Shown here: positions 38,880 through 52,870 of the stretch, piece after piece | How positions within the stretch are numbered: the stretch's first letter is position 1 | Layout: each line of letters opens with the position of its first letter | DNA from: Octopus sinensis | Lineage: Eukaryota | NCBI RefSeq assembly: GCF_006345805.1 | Contig: NC_043001.1 | Coordinates: 85,684,001 to 85,748,000, forward strand | DNA length: 64,000 nucleotides | Direction: 5' to 3' | Position numbers and translations under genes: made by a program | The notes under the pieces: generated by a model | What the model saw: only the letters and a program-made list of their open reading frames with translations | Database searches by the model: none | What the model was told of the DNA's origin: nothing

Positions 38880-40382
38880 CTATGAACAAGAAATATTAAC
38901 AATAATTAATAAATAATCATTTTATATATCAAGCAAAAAATCACAGTTACAAAACGAAAGGGTACTATTCGTGATATTGATACCATACTGGACTCATTCG
39001 TTATTTTGTCGGCCCTGGAGAAACGAATGTTTTTAATTCAGTGTGTAAATAAATATGACTAAATATTCACAGGGATTGTGTACAGCACTGCCATTTTGCC
39101 AATCAAGTGTTTGTAACATAGATTGAAAGAGTAAATTTGGGGCAAGAAATAGAATGGGTTAAATTGAATCCAGTTCTAAACTAGAAATCTACAGTTAAAT
39201 TTCATATCAGCAAAAGGTGAAAACAAACCTCAAACCTACGTAAATATATAGCAAAGTTATTTAGTACTGTGCGCTGAACACCCTAACAGCTCCTTGCCTT
39301 CCAGAAATTTTCAGTGGGTTTCAAACAATTAATCCACGATTGGAACAGGGTAAGCATGTATAGTAAACGTCTTCCACATGGAACATACTGAACTTTTTCT
39401 CGACCAGATAAGTAAAGAGGGTTAACTGATTCTGACAATGTTTAAATACGAGTTAAAAACATAACAAAATAATAATTCACTGCTCTTTACAAGAAACTCA
39501 TAAAAGGTACATGGCTTTAGAAAATAATGCCCTGTATTTCTAGTTATTATAGGTTGTCTGAAACTAGTGTATTGATGGTGAAGGCAATGCCAGACGTTAA
39601 TATTAACTGGTAACAGTTTGGGTGGGGAGATAATTTAGCTTCTTGCTTAAATAAACAAACTGAGCTTAATTATTCCACCTTAGACTCCGGAAGAAGGTGT
39701 ACATCTATACGGTGTGTAAGACCGAGTAAGGATTTAGTTATATTATTTTTCTTTTGGGGGTTGTATTCAATCAACATACAGTACTTCTGGCGAATATATA
39801 ATTTTGAATGGCTGTTTTTATCCGGAGTGTTATGTAGAATTCTCGTATAATTTAAAAGCGCAAGCATAAATGATAAATTCGCTGAGTAGTTACTGAGACT
39901 TTAATTACGTAGAAATGACAACTTATAATTCTACCTAATGTCAAATTAAGAACAATTAAGAGCAGCTTCAATACATTCTGTTTGGAAGTTATTCATGAAC
40001 CAGAAAACATCGCTTTTGTCGCAAACAACCTCGGACATAAAGCATAGATTTTGTATATTGTCACTAACAGTAAATAAAATAAGAAAACAAGAAAATTACC
40101 TGGTCTCCCATAAAGTATTGGTTTCCACCATTGTACATATCCAAAGTTCTTTCCATGTATGGAAGAATTCTGCGGCAGGTCTCTTCAAATCTCATACGTT
40201 TCTCAGACTGACAAGAAAAATTTCAATAATACATTTTAATTTTCTGTTCACAACTCATATATTACTAGATTTCATACATTATCGCTCTTTACATATATTT
40301 AATATATTACACTTAATATAATTCCAAGCAATACAGGACAGCTTATTTCGTTATATAAATACATACATGCATATATACATAC

Positions 40383-40417
<35 letters not shown>

Positions 40418-40424
40418 GGCAGAC

Positions 40425-40466
<42 letters not shown>

Positions 40467-41986
40467 GTAGGTAGGTAGGTAGGTAGGTAGGTAGGTAGGT
40501 AGGTAGGTAGGTAGGTAGGTAGGTAGGTATATTCATGATAGGTATGTATATATATATATATATATATATAACATTAAGGTCTTTTACCGCTCCCCATAAT
40601 AATTTGCCAAAATTATTTAGGTGGCCCTCGTCATTGTCGTTTGTTGTGCTAGAAATAGCAGGGAAGTAAATTTAAATTACACCCTGTTGTCTTAAAGCTG
40701 GAATATTGGTTTTAACAATGTAATCAGAATTATACAAAAATGACATGGTCAAAGACACAATGTCTTTGAAAAACAAAATGTCCATGCCTTGTTCTAAATA
40801 GCAACGACGAAAACAGCAGTGTAGAAAACCATATTACTTACAGAACATCCAAAATCACGTGATCTCTGGAACTGAAATAATGGAAAGATAACATTTTAAA
40901 ATGTTTAAATGGCGAAGAAAGATATAGAATAATGGTCTACAAGATTAATATGAAACCTAGAAAATGAAAGTGGTGACATGGCAAAATACTTCGCAGCATT
41001 TCGTCCCTCTATAGATTCTGAGTTCAATTTATGCTGCTGTCCACTCTGCCATGCTTAGTACCCGATACAAAGAACTAATATAACTCAATACATAATACTG
41101 CGTATATGCGTGACATTTGAGTACTGAGCTCGATGTAATCTGCTCATCCCCACCTCACGAAGTTACTGATCTTGTGCCAAGATTTGAAAGCGAATATTAA
41201 ACCTAGAAAATACCTGTATTTGCTGTAAATATCTTATCCCGTACATTGAATAGTTTCGATATCAAAAAGCATCTCTACTATATTTCTACGATACCGTTCA
41301 CACAGTTATTTCATTTGATTTTTCTGTTAAGACAATACGCAAAATATACTAGATAGAGAAGTACGATATTTTTACCCGAAGAGAATACTGTTTTTTAAAC
41401 CTGTTTCAATTTACATTGAAACAAATAGGTGTTGAGTAAGTATATTAAAATCAAAACTCATACCCCGAGAGTTTATTAAACTAATAGTGAGAGACACAAA
41501 GCTAAAATCAATGCGGCCTATATGACACTTAGAACAGACATTCCATCACTTGCTACGTCCAGCCGGAAGACGTCATTGCATTTGTTCCGTATCAATATTT
41601 TATCCGATGTATTACCGACAGTATTGTTATTCTTGTAGAGATATGTCAGCACCTGACAACATTCCTTATGCTAGGCTTGTAAGAATGATAATAATTTAAT
41701 AACAGCTTGGTGTATCGTATTAAAGAACGAACATGATATTTTACGACCTTACTTAAGAGCGATTACGTGATTGCAACTACACTACACTTACCATCATTCT
41801 GCAGTTACTATCCTGGTACATCCTCATGTAGTCATCTAAAATGTCATAGAAACATTCTGAGATGAAGTCAATTCTTGCCATCTCCATGTTGTTTCTGCCA
41901 TGGAAACCTGGGAGAGATAAAACAACAACGATGTTCACAATTGTAGTGATGATGGTGATGGTGATGATGATGATGATGATGACGAA

Positions 41987-42034
<48 letters not shown>

Positions 42035-42758
42035 GGTGGTGGTGGTGGTGGTGGTGGTGGTGGTGGTGGTGACGATGATGATGACATATGATGATGGTAT
42101 ACTAGGCTTACCCTGCGATTCCTTACAATTCTATCAAAATCACTCCATGCAATAAGGTATAGATTTTGGGACATATTACAAACCATTTTACCCATAAAAT
42201 AATATATATTCATTTATTTTCGAATTACCGAAAAAACAAATGCCCTTAGTCACTTCTTTGTGCATTTCAAACCGTCAGGTGACGCACTATCCTGTAGTAT
42301 TATGCGGACAATACACCGTGAGAGTATCAAACCTTTACTGAACTAAAATGAAGCTGACTATTGAAAAAGGAAGTGTTTCGTGATAGTGACAAAACTAACA
42401 TTAAGAGGAAATTGAAGGAATTCAGATCTATGACTTAAATCAGTTGATTTCCGAGTCATTATAATAAAGACATACGTGATATAATATTGTGTGTATTTAT
42501 ATATACATAAACCACAGCTTATATCTATATATATATAAACAATTGAAACCGGTAAAGTAAATAAATCCCTTTTAAAATCATTTTCAAACTGTCTTTCATA
42601 TATAATTCCACTCGTGAGGTACCTTACAACTCCACTTTGTAATATATACATGTATATATATATATGTATGTATGTATGTAGTATGTATGTATGTATGTAT
42701 GTATGTATGTATGTATGTATGTATGAATGTATGTATGTATGTATGTATGTATGTATAT

Positions 42759-42814
<56 letters not shown>

Positions 42815-42832
42815 ATATGTATGTATATATAC

Positions 42833-42886
<54 letters not shown>

Positions 42887-43656
42887 ATATATATATATAT
42901 ACAGAGAAAAGTACACGGATATGTATATAAACATGTGAGTGCTTGTGTGAGCGCGCGTGTTTGTGTGTGCGTGCGTGTGTGTGTGTATTTGTGTGTATGT
43001 GTATACCGACCCACTTTCAACGTTTCTGTCGGTAGTTACAACGGGACTGAGGTTGCTGATCTTGCTGGATTATGTATTCTGTATACTTAAAGAAAGCGTA
43101 CGCACATCCTAAATCTCAGCACGTATGGTGACTATAATCTAGCAGTCTTTCCTCAAGCCATATGAACGATTGTTCTTTTATTCTTTTACTTGTTCCAGTC
43201 TTTTGACTGCAGCCATGCTGGAGCACCACCTTAGATGTAGATCTTTAAAGAAATTGGTCTGTCGGTACCAGTTACCAACAGTATAACCAGAATGGACGTT
43301 CTATATTTAATACTAGACTTGAAGACAGTCACGTACAAACCTTCGAGGGGATGCAACCAGCAAATTCTTTAAATCCGCTAATACTGCAACCATCTATCAA
43401 GTCTAATTAGAAACCTAGTTACAGGCATAAGTACATTTAACAAGCCCATCATTGACGAGGCATTAGTGACGATGGATTTACTTGCATTTTACTATATACA
43501 AAGAGAGGACACTCAATATATAGTAAGAGAATTAGACTAATCAGAGAGTGGTTTCTATAATTATATGGAAAAACAAGATGTTTGACACAAACATTCAGTT
43601 CTCTCTCTCTCTTTCTTTTTCTCCCCCTGTCTCCCTCTTTCTCCCTCTCTCTCCCC

Positions 43657-43690
<34 letters not shown>

Positions 43691-44803
43691 TGTGACACAT
43701 ACACATGTCCATACAAAGATAGGGAAAGAGACAGACAGTCAGGCAAGCAGTCAGGCAATTATACAATTATAGAATAGATGATAGAACACTCACCGAATTC
43801 TCTGGCCAAATATCTGGCCATAGCCATACTCTGGGGAATCTGGGTCCTGTTGTCCAATTCCAACATTGGCATCATGTTGCATGGCATCTCTGTAAAAAGC
43901 ATAACATTGATACATACGATAGGTTAGCTGTTTGATTAAAAGTAATGTGTTATGAAAGTGTATCTCTAGTCTAACCGAATAAAATAATATGGGGAATTCT
44001 TGCAGCTGCCAAAAGTCGATAAAGTATTACATTACGGAAGGGATGATCAATCAACTATTGTAATACTGCCACAGGTAGTGTATTATGCAATTGATCAAGG
44101 TAACTGTCAATAGCGTTGCTCAAGTATTACTAGGCCGTAGGGCATATAATTTGTTTAATGACTTTCCTTATTTCTTTATTGCTCAGAAGGGGCTAAACAT
44201 AGAGGGGACAAACAAGGACAGACAAACGGTTAAGTCGATTACATCGACCCCAGTGAATTACTGGTACTTAATTTATCGACCCCGAAAGTATGAAAGCAAA
44301 GTCGACCTCGGCGGAATTTGAACTCAGAAATATCGCTAAGCATTTCGCCCGGCGTGCTAACGTTTCTGCCAGCTCGCCACCTTAAAAACTTGGAAACTGT
44401 ATGAATGATACAAGGCTTCCTACAGCCTTGTCTAATAATATATGGAGGTTGAAAAATTAATGACTGCTGCATCAGAAATAATTCATCAGATTTTGCCTTC
44501 GCTAATTTATAAAGCATACCAAAAGGGTAGTTTTATTTAACATCATTTTTTGTTCGATAGTGTTGGGTGAATCAAATTTTGCAGCTTTTTACCATAGGGA
44601 AATATAACAAAACATTTTCTAGCAAATTTTAACGGTAACATCTACTATATATTTTATCTGTTATCATTTACTTCTTTCAGGCACTGGACTGCGGCCAAGC
44701 TAGGGCATGGACTTGAAGGGTTTAGTCGAACAAATCAACCTCAGTAACAACACAATCACATAGCTATATATATATATATGTTATGTGAGTGTCCCTCTCT
44801 TTC

Positions 44804-44859
<56 letters not shown>

Positions 44860-46224
44860 CATGCGTACATACATTTTTATATGCCAGGATTTTTTTATCC
44901 CATTTCATCTTTTATATATACATATATATATATATATATTTAGAGACCTAGAGAGAGACTAATTACCAGGTTTTAAAAAATAAGTTCTGAAGTCGATTCG
45001 TTCAACTAAAAATTCAAGACGTTGCCCCGGCGTGGTTCTAATCTTATGATTGAAATAAGTAAATTCTAAGAGACATATGTATACACACAAGTACACAGAC
45101 ACAGGGTGAGCTTCTTTCACTTTCCATCCACCAAGTTCACTCACATGGCTGGGACTACAACAGTGGATAGCAGACCAAGGTGTTGTGCAGTGGAACTGAA
45201 CCCAAACCCACTCCTCTGCCTACCATGGACATTTTGACTTTTGTTAACATTTCTCACTTTCTTGTGTCTCTCGTAATCATTTTGTAGGTGTTCTAGAGTC
45301 AAGTGCAAAATTTCTTTGGGAAATTTTGCGTTTATAGCCAAGCTTTTAATAGGGTCTATTATGTTCAGTACTTTTGAAATCCTCTAAATTTTGAAATCCT
45401 CTAAAAATATTTGTCCACAAAAAACGACTATGGATTACATTTTAACATTTATGAAGTGTAAAGTAGAAGAAAAATACTACTTATCATATAAAATGCATTA
45501 AACTGTTATTCTCACAGTTTTGCTTACTTGTGAATAGCCAGCTTCCTGAGAGCGGTGAAACCAGTTTTAAATATATGTTAATATTTACAATGGAAATCAT
45601 GATAGCGATTTCGACGTTTCGGCTGGCTTGTTAACCTACATCAGACAGTCTGATGAAGGCAAACAAACCGAAACGTCGTATTATCTGTCTACCAGGTTCA
45701 CGCACCAGGTTTTGCTTGGCCTGGGACTATACTAGAGGACAGTAGCCCAAGCTACCGCGCCCAGTGGAACTGAACACAGGACCCTGCGACCACTCTGAAC
45801 AGTCTGATTGTGTTAACATTTTACAATTTCATTTGTCTTTCAAATCGTAGTATTACCATTCAGTTTGTGAAATTGATTTAAAATATAACTTAAGATAACG
45901 GTTTGTATATCATTATCTATCTCTGAAGAGATTCGACTTGCAAATGATTTTTAAATAAATATATTAATTTTCTGAGGTTCTGAATTGAAACTGCTGTAGG
46001 GGATGTTTGTCAATTTTTTAATTAATAAATGATAATTTAATGATTACGTATTTTTCATCTTATTATTATAATAAATAAATATATATAAACCATGGTCTAT
46101 ATAGTTACCTTGCAGCTGAGTGTTAAATATAATGTTCAATGTTGTTTGTAACCAGAACTAACCAGTCCTTTCATAGGATTTTGCTATCCCTGAATCAGGT
46201 TTGTAACCTTTAATTGTGCTTGTG

Positions 46225-46273
<49 letters not shown>

Positions 46274-46275
46274 AT

Positions 46276-46363
<88 letters not shown>

Positions 46364-47367
46364 GTAGATAGATAGATAGATAGATAAAGGATATCTTCAG
46401 CTGCACAGATAAATAAATAGAATTTCAACCAGTCTGACACTTTGATCTACTTTTTCTTAAATATTAAGTTGGAAGAAGTTCATGTTGTCGCCATTATGGC
46501 TAAGAATACACTACACTTCTAAGAATCGCAGGAAGCCTATTGGAGTCATAGTGTTGCAAAGAATTGTAATTCATTTCTAATTCATTTATCTCTTTAACAA
46601 CTACTAAATGTAAAACTTAAAAACTGTGTCTGTTTAGAATAAAGGACAAAAGTGAGTTGTCAACTCATGTCTAGGTATGGTCATAAATATTGTCATATGT
46701 ATCACTCTCCCTTTGGGAGGAAAGAAGTCGTTAGGAATAGTCAATTCGATATAAAGTAACTGTCTATAAATAGAGGTGGGGTGTGCAGCTGAAGATGGCA
46801 CTGCATTTATATTGATGTAATGATTGCATTGTTCAATTAAATGGAGTTGCTTGAAAGAGTCGTATTTGATATCCTGTTGCTTATTTTGATTTTATTCACC
46901 TTACTTCGAGCTGAGCGGATAATACAGGACGAATTTGGTGCTTCAGCTTAAGTACCTAATTTAACTGAATCTCAATTACTTCTTATATATTCTCTGGTAC
47001 TCTGTCAATTACAACGACGAGAGTTCTAGTTGAGCCGATCAACCGAACAGCCTGCACATGAAACTAACGTGCATGTGACTGAGCACTCTACAAACGTGTG
47101 CACTCTCAACGTAGTTTTGAGGGAGATTCAGCATGACACAGACTGTAACAAGGCTGGCCAATTGAAATACAGATACTACTCATTTTTTTCCAGGTGAGTA
47201 GATTGGAGCAACGTGAAACAAAGTGTCTTGCATCAAGACACAACACATCGTCAGATATTGAACTCACGACCGTAAGGTAGTGAAACGAATTGTCTAACCT
47301 CTAATCCACGCATCTTCATACATACATACATAGATACATACATACATACATATATGTATATATGTAT

Positions 47368-47400
<33 letters not shown>

Positions 47401-47414
47401 GCATAATACATACA

Positions 47415-47452
<38 letters not shown>

Positions 47453-47802
47453 AACATATATGCATGTATATATATGATGTAAGAGAAATTACACCCAACG
47501 GCCAGTGGTTCACGTTATAATAATAGTAGTGATGAATAAAGATACAGTAAGTAAAATAAAACATATTCTTGACTTACTGAAATTACTTTCGCTTACAGTG
47601 ATGCTTGTTGAATAGCTAGATGGTAATTGGGAACAGCATCAAAAGAGATGGAGAGATTATTTCTGAAATCAAAAATTCTTTCAAGATTGAATTACAATCT
47701 ATCAAAAAACGTAGTGTAACTGTCTGAGAACAAGAGCACAATTTAGCACGTGTCTCTACGTTAATATTCGCCATCAGTACAGCATGTCCATATATATATA
47801 TC

Positions 47803-47880
<78 letters not shown>

Positions 47881-48083
47881 ATTTTCTAGTCATTTGACTG
47901 CAACCATGCTGGAGCATCGCCTTAGAAAGGGGTTTTTATTCGAAGAAATCGACCCCAGAACTTATTCTTTGTATGTTTACTACTTATTCTATTAGATTCT
48001 TTTGCTGAACCGCTAAGTTACAGGAAGAAGAAACACCATTATTGGTTGTCAAGTGATGATGGGGAGATAAACACGTACACAAT

Positions 48084-48115
<32 letters not shown>

Positions 48116-48604
48116 TGTACATATATATATACGACAGACTTCTTTTAGATTTTGTCTACCAAAGCCACTGACCTGGTTTTGGTTGGCCCGAGGTCATAGT
48201 GGAAGTCACTCGCCCAGATTGCCACGCAGTGGGACTGAACTCGGAACCATGTCGTTGAGAAGCTTCTTACTACACGCTTATACATATATTAAACATGTAC
48301 ACGAGAGCGGTGTGCGTGTGTATCTGTGTGTATGTCTGTGAGTGTAAGTGTGAGTGAGTTTGTGTGCGTGTGTGTGAGTGTGTGAGTGTGTGTGTGTGTG
48401 AGTGAGTGTCTGTGCCTGCATGTATGTGTGTGGAAGACTGGATGAAAAGAATATATCAAACTTTTACATACTGTTTCTCATGTTGTCCCATTCTGAGTAT
48501 TCAATCCTGCGGTCATTGTACTGGACACCAGCAGCTGCGAACAGCATACGGCAGATCTCAGCACGACCACGGTGGTTGAAGTAGTGGAGAGTGTAGGAAG
48601 GCAT
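38715..48604 (-). CDS. S-crystallin gene B (tandem paralog), 6 coding exons, 215 aa
   Basis: Same exon sizes and phases as gene A, with no stops or frameshifts. Protein: [215 protein letters not shown]. 25 of 215 residues differ from gene A. Confidence 0.97.
40100..40207 (-). CDS. S-crystallin B exon 5
   Basis: Acceptor TTGTCAG, donor GTAATT; 108 nt. Confidence 0.96.
40842..40871 (-). CDS. S-crystallin B exon 4, 30-nt loop microexon ([10 protein letters not shown])
   Basis: Acceptor TTTCAG, donor GTAAGT. Confidence 0.93.
41792..41907 (-). CDS. S-crystallin B exon 3
   Basis: Acceptor CTCCCAG, donor GTAAGT; 116 nt. Confidence 0.96.
41945..42097. repeat. (GAT)n(GGT)n compound microsatellite, intron 2 of gene B
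   Basis: Direct reading. Confidence 0.95.
43794..43889 (-). CDS. S-crystallin B exon 2
   Basis: Acceptor TTTACAG, donor GTGAGT; 96 nt. Confidence 0.96.
44165..44381 (-). mobile_element. tRNA-derived SINE, family 2 copy (intron 1 of gene B)
   Basis: Aligns with 55165-55395. Confidence 0.85.
45612..45678. repeat. 67-bp palindrome made of two back-to-back hammerhead-like motifs
   Basis: CGACGTTTCGG...CATCAGAC-a-GTCTGATG...CCGAAACGTCG. Confidence 0.85.
47885..48280 (-). mobile_element. tRNA-derived SINE, family 3 copy (intron 1 of gene B)
   Basis: Reverse-complement alignment with 55488-55915. Confidence 0.78.
48472..48604 (-). CDS. S-crystallin B exon 1
   Basis: ATG at 48604; donor GTATGT; 133 nt. 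Confidence 0.96.
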
Positions 48605-48721
48605 GATTGATTTTGGTCGTTGGTATTTAGATACTGGTTTAAGAATTGGTTATGTTCAAAGCTAATAGCTTATCTATGGCTTTGCTTGAAGACTGGACGC
48701 TGGTCTCGCTTCAGAGCCGAG

Positions 48722-48729
48722 CTTATATA
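48722..48729 (-). promoter_or_regulatory. TATA box of S-crystallin B (TATATAAG)
   Basis: About 118 nt upstream of the ATG, positionally conserved with gene A. Confidence 0.72.
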
Positions 48730-48829
48730 GGGTGGAATACTCAACAGAAACACATTAACGGCCATAATCACACACTATTAGAACCTCCGCCTACACAACA
48801 ATATACCTTGATACCCTTTCTTATTGTTT

Positions 48830-49670
48830 GAGCGGCGGCGAAGATGGCAATGGAAATGGTGATGGTGTTAGAGGGGATAATAATGGTAGCGATAGTGTAG
48901 GTGGTGATGGGGGTGATGGTCGTGATTGTGAGTGGCTGGTAGTGGCGGCAGTGATGATGATGGTAATTGTGATAGTGGTGGTGGAGATGGAATTAATGGC
49001 TCTGGTGTTAGTGGCGATGGTTTCCGGCCATTCTGGTGCAGATAGTGTCTGGTGTTTGTGGCAGCAGTGGTGGAGATGGTGGTGGTGGCGGCGGTGGTTG
49101 TAGTGGTGGTGGTGGTGGTGGTGGTGGTGGTGGTGGTGAGTGTGGGCGAGTGTGATACCGGGGTGCTACTGAAGGGATAGCGTGGAGGTGGGTACGGTAG
49201 TGCCCCTCTTACTGATAATCAAAGTATAGGTTCTTGTACTTGAGATATTAATGATGGATGTTGTGGTAATGATAGTGTAGTTATTGGAATGCTATATGCG
49301 TGAGTGGGAGTGGGAGTGGTTTTGATGGTGGTGGTGGTGGTGGTGATTATGATGATGCTTGATTATACATGTATGTGAGTATACGTATCTATGTGTGTGT
49401 GCATGTGCGTATGCGATTGTGTGTACGTATGTACGTGCGTATGTATGGCTGTTTCTGCTTGTAGCGTTGATTGTAATGATGTTGGTGGTAGTGGTGAGTT
49501 CAAATGCTGCACTAGTGATAGTAAGGACGGATGACATTATTGCTGTTGTTGGCGGTGGTGGTGGTGGTGATGGTGGTGGTGGTGGTGGTGGTGGTGGTGG
49601 TGGTGGTGGTGGTGGTGTGGTGCTAGTAGTGATAGCAGTGATAGTGCTGCAAGTGTAGTCGTAGTGGAGG
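48830..49670. repeat. Degenerate (GGT/GAT)n low-complexity region directly upstream of the gene B promoter
   Basis: Direct reading; source of the Gly/Val-rich ORFs. Confidence 0.9.
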
Positions 49671-49996
49671 AGTTTTTTTTTTATTGAAGGTTTTAGAGAA
49701 AGTAGGATCCTTGATTTACAAGAATAATAATTTTCTTTCAGTATCCCTGTTATTTTGAAAGACAGAAAGAAATAAAAACAAACAGAAAGAAATAGAGAAA
49801 TAGAGAAAGTGAAAGTGAGAGAAAGGGGAGGGAGAGAGAAAAAGAAAGATAAACACAGACAAATTGTATGTTTCTTCTGAATTACATGGAATTAATCATG
49901 CACGCACATACATACATACACACATACATTCTCACACACGTACACGCACACACATGTACATGTGTGAATATATATACATATATATGTGTGTGTATG

Positions 49997-50031
<35 letters not shown>

Positions 50032-50079
50032 ATATATATATATCTGTGTGTATATATACACACACTCAGACACACACAC

Positions 50080-50144
<65 letters not shown>

Positions 50145-50269
50145 ATATATACCCTAGGATGGATATCTAGGAGTCGCTAATCGTTTCCTGATCCTTAATG
50201 GGTATGTTTGTGTGTATACGAGTGAAACAAACAAACAAACAAACACCCACATACACACGTGTACGTCTA

Positions 50270-50301
<32 letters not shown>

Positions 50302-50482
50302 CATTTATATATATATATATATTATATATATATATATATATTTCTAAACCACTCTCCATACTCTATTTTCGTTTTTTCTTTTTATCTTCTCTCTCTCTCT
50401 GTCTCTCTCTCTCTCTCTTTCTCTCACATTCTCTCATTCTCTCTCTTACTCTCATTCTTTCTGTCTCTGTCTCTCTGTTACT

Positions 50483-50515
<33 letters not shown>

Positions 50516-51325
50516 TCTCTCTCCCACGTCTTTCTTCCTCACTTTAGTCTGATCTGCTATTCCAGTTCACGAAACAAACCAGTAATTAACTGCGATAAAC
50601 CCACAACTTAACATTAATACATACGCTCAATAATGAGTTGTATTCACAGGAAACACACTACAAACTCTCTCCCTTATTACTAATCTGTGAATACACCAGG
50701 GACATTTTAATAATCCCCCTCCAACACCATCAATTATTCTAATCTTTTTATTATTCATCAGCTATTTTCTTTCCTCTTTCATTTCTTCATTTTCTTCTCT
50801 ATTTCTTTTATTTGTTTGTCATCCGATTTCGGCCATATTGGTGTACCACCTTGAAGTGTTTTAGTCGAACGAATATGCCGTAGTGCTGGAATTTTTTCAA
50901 GTCAAGTACATATTTTATCGTCTGGTCATCACCGAACCGCTAAATTTGAGGGACGTAAACAAACTGACACCTGTTTTCAATTAGTTGGAAGACAAACACG
51001 AACACACAATTATTATCTACCAAATCTACTCACAAAGCATTGACCAGAAGACAAATACCCACGTTGAGGTGCAGTGGGATTGAAAGAGATACCGCGTGAT
51101 AGCTTATCGAAGTCCTTAAACACACAGCCATACCTACCCCTTCTTGTATTTTCCCTGATTCTTCATGTCATTTTCTCTTTTATTCTTTCACGTTATCTTA
51201 TTTTCATTAATTAGTTTTTAATATTCGCTTGTATTACTTTATTTTAGCGTTTTTGGTTATTTTTTCCCGTCTCAGCAATAGCTCAAGAACTTATTCTCAC
51301 ATCATATATATTGTGCATAGATATA

Positions 51326-51385
<60 letters not shown>

Positions 51386-51709
51386 GGTATGCATATATAT
51401 AGATACATTGATACAAACATATATACATATAGATATATGTACATATATATATACGTATATGCATATATATATATATTCATATATGTATATATATATTTAT
51501 ATATATATGTATGTATATCTGTATATATATATATATATGTATATGGATATATATATATAGTGAGAGAGAGAGAGGGAGAGAGAGAGAGGGAGAGAGAGAG
51601 GGAGGAGAGGGAGAGAGAGAGGAGGGAGAAGAGAGGGAGAGAGAGAGAGGGAGAGAGAGAGGGAGAGAGAGAGAGATATGCATATACATATATGCATATA
51701 TACATACAT

Positions 51710-52870
51710 ATTTTGTTACCCTAAGAGACCATAAGGGTAATTTTAATAGAAACCCTAAATGTAGATATGTTAATCCGGCTACAACTGAAGTATGTATTAT
51801 TAGCAAATATATTTTAGATCGTATTTTAACTAATTTAGATAGTGAATTAAATTTGCGGATTTCGAAAAATAGCAAGTCAGTAATAGATTAGTTTGAAGCG
51901 AATAGCCATAACTACAAATTTACGCAGTTTGATATTGTTTTCTTTTACCTGTCAATATCCTGGCCTTTGCTCCTAAAAGCATTAGACTTCGCCAAGCAGT
52001 ATGCCAGCATCGATAGGTCGGAAATAGATATTACCATACATGCGAGGAAATCACTTCTTTTTTGCAAGAGTTCTACCTGTGTCAAAAAGAGTGAGGATTC
52101 TCTTTTCGATGTACCGATTGGAGCATGCGGCAGGGCTGAGTTATGTGTGCTCATAGGAGCTTATATTTTGTACAATCTAAAGACGCAGGATTATATAGGG
52201 ATGACGGTCTTATAGTTACCCATATTTTAAATGGCCATGAATTAATTAATATTAGGAAGGATATATTTGCCTTCTTCCAAAGGATGGGCTTACGGATTAC
52301 GATAGACACTAACCTTAAAAGTGTAGATTTCTTAGATATAACTTTAGATTTACAGTCAGATAAATTTAAACCTTACCGTAAGCCTAATGGTAAGCTATCT
52401 TATATTAGCAAAGGGTCCAAACATCCGCCAGTTATTCTTAGGAACATATTCAGCAATGTCGGTAAATGAATAACGTCAATTTCGTTGGATGAGACAGCAT
52501 TTCAAAATGCTGCACCTTATTACAATAGCGCATTAAGGAATAGTGGATTCTCTGAGAGGATCCAGTATAACCAACCAACTTATTGCTAGCAGTAATGCAA
52601 CAATACAACTAGCAATAGGAGGGTTTTGTGGTTCGACTCAGCTTTTAATATGGCCGTAAAAACAATTATAGGTAGGGAATTCTTAAAATTAGTCTCTAGA
52701 CATTTTCAACCTAACCATAAGTTTTACAGAATATTTAATAGAAGAACGTTTCAGATCAGCTATTCTTGTTGCAAAAACTTCGCCTCTTTCGTTAACCAAC
52801 ACAGCAATAAGATAATTGCAAATAACCACATGCCGATTCAATTTCAAAGATGGAACCTCCTGTCCGTGGA
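51710..52870 (+). mobile_element. Penelope-like retroelement reverse transcriptase remnant (frameshifted, with stops)
   Basis: ORF pieces [31 protein letters not shown]...LFDVPIGA..RAELCVLIGAYIL, GLYRDDGL (YxDD), VDFLDITLDL...KPYRKPN...YISKGSKHPP, WF..AFN.AVKTIIGREFLKLV.RHF; these are typical PLE RT and thumb motifs. Confidence 0.88.
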
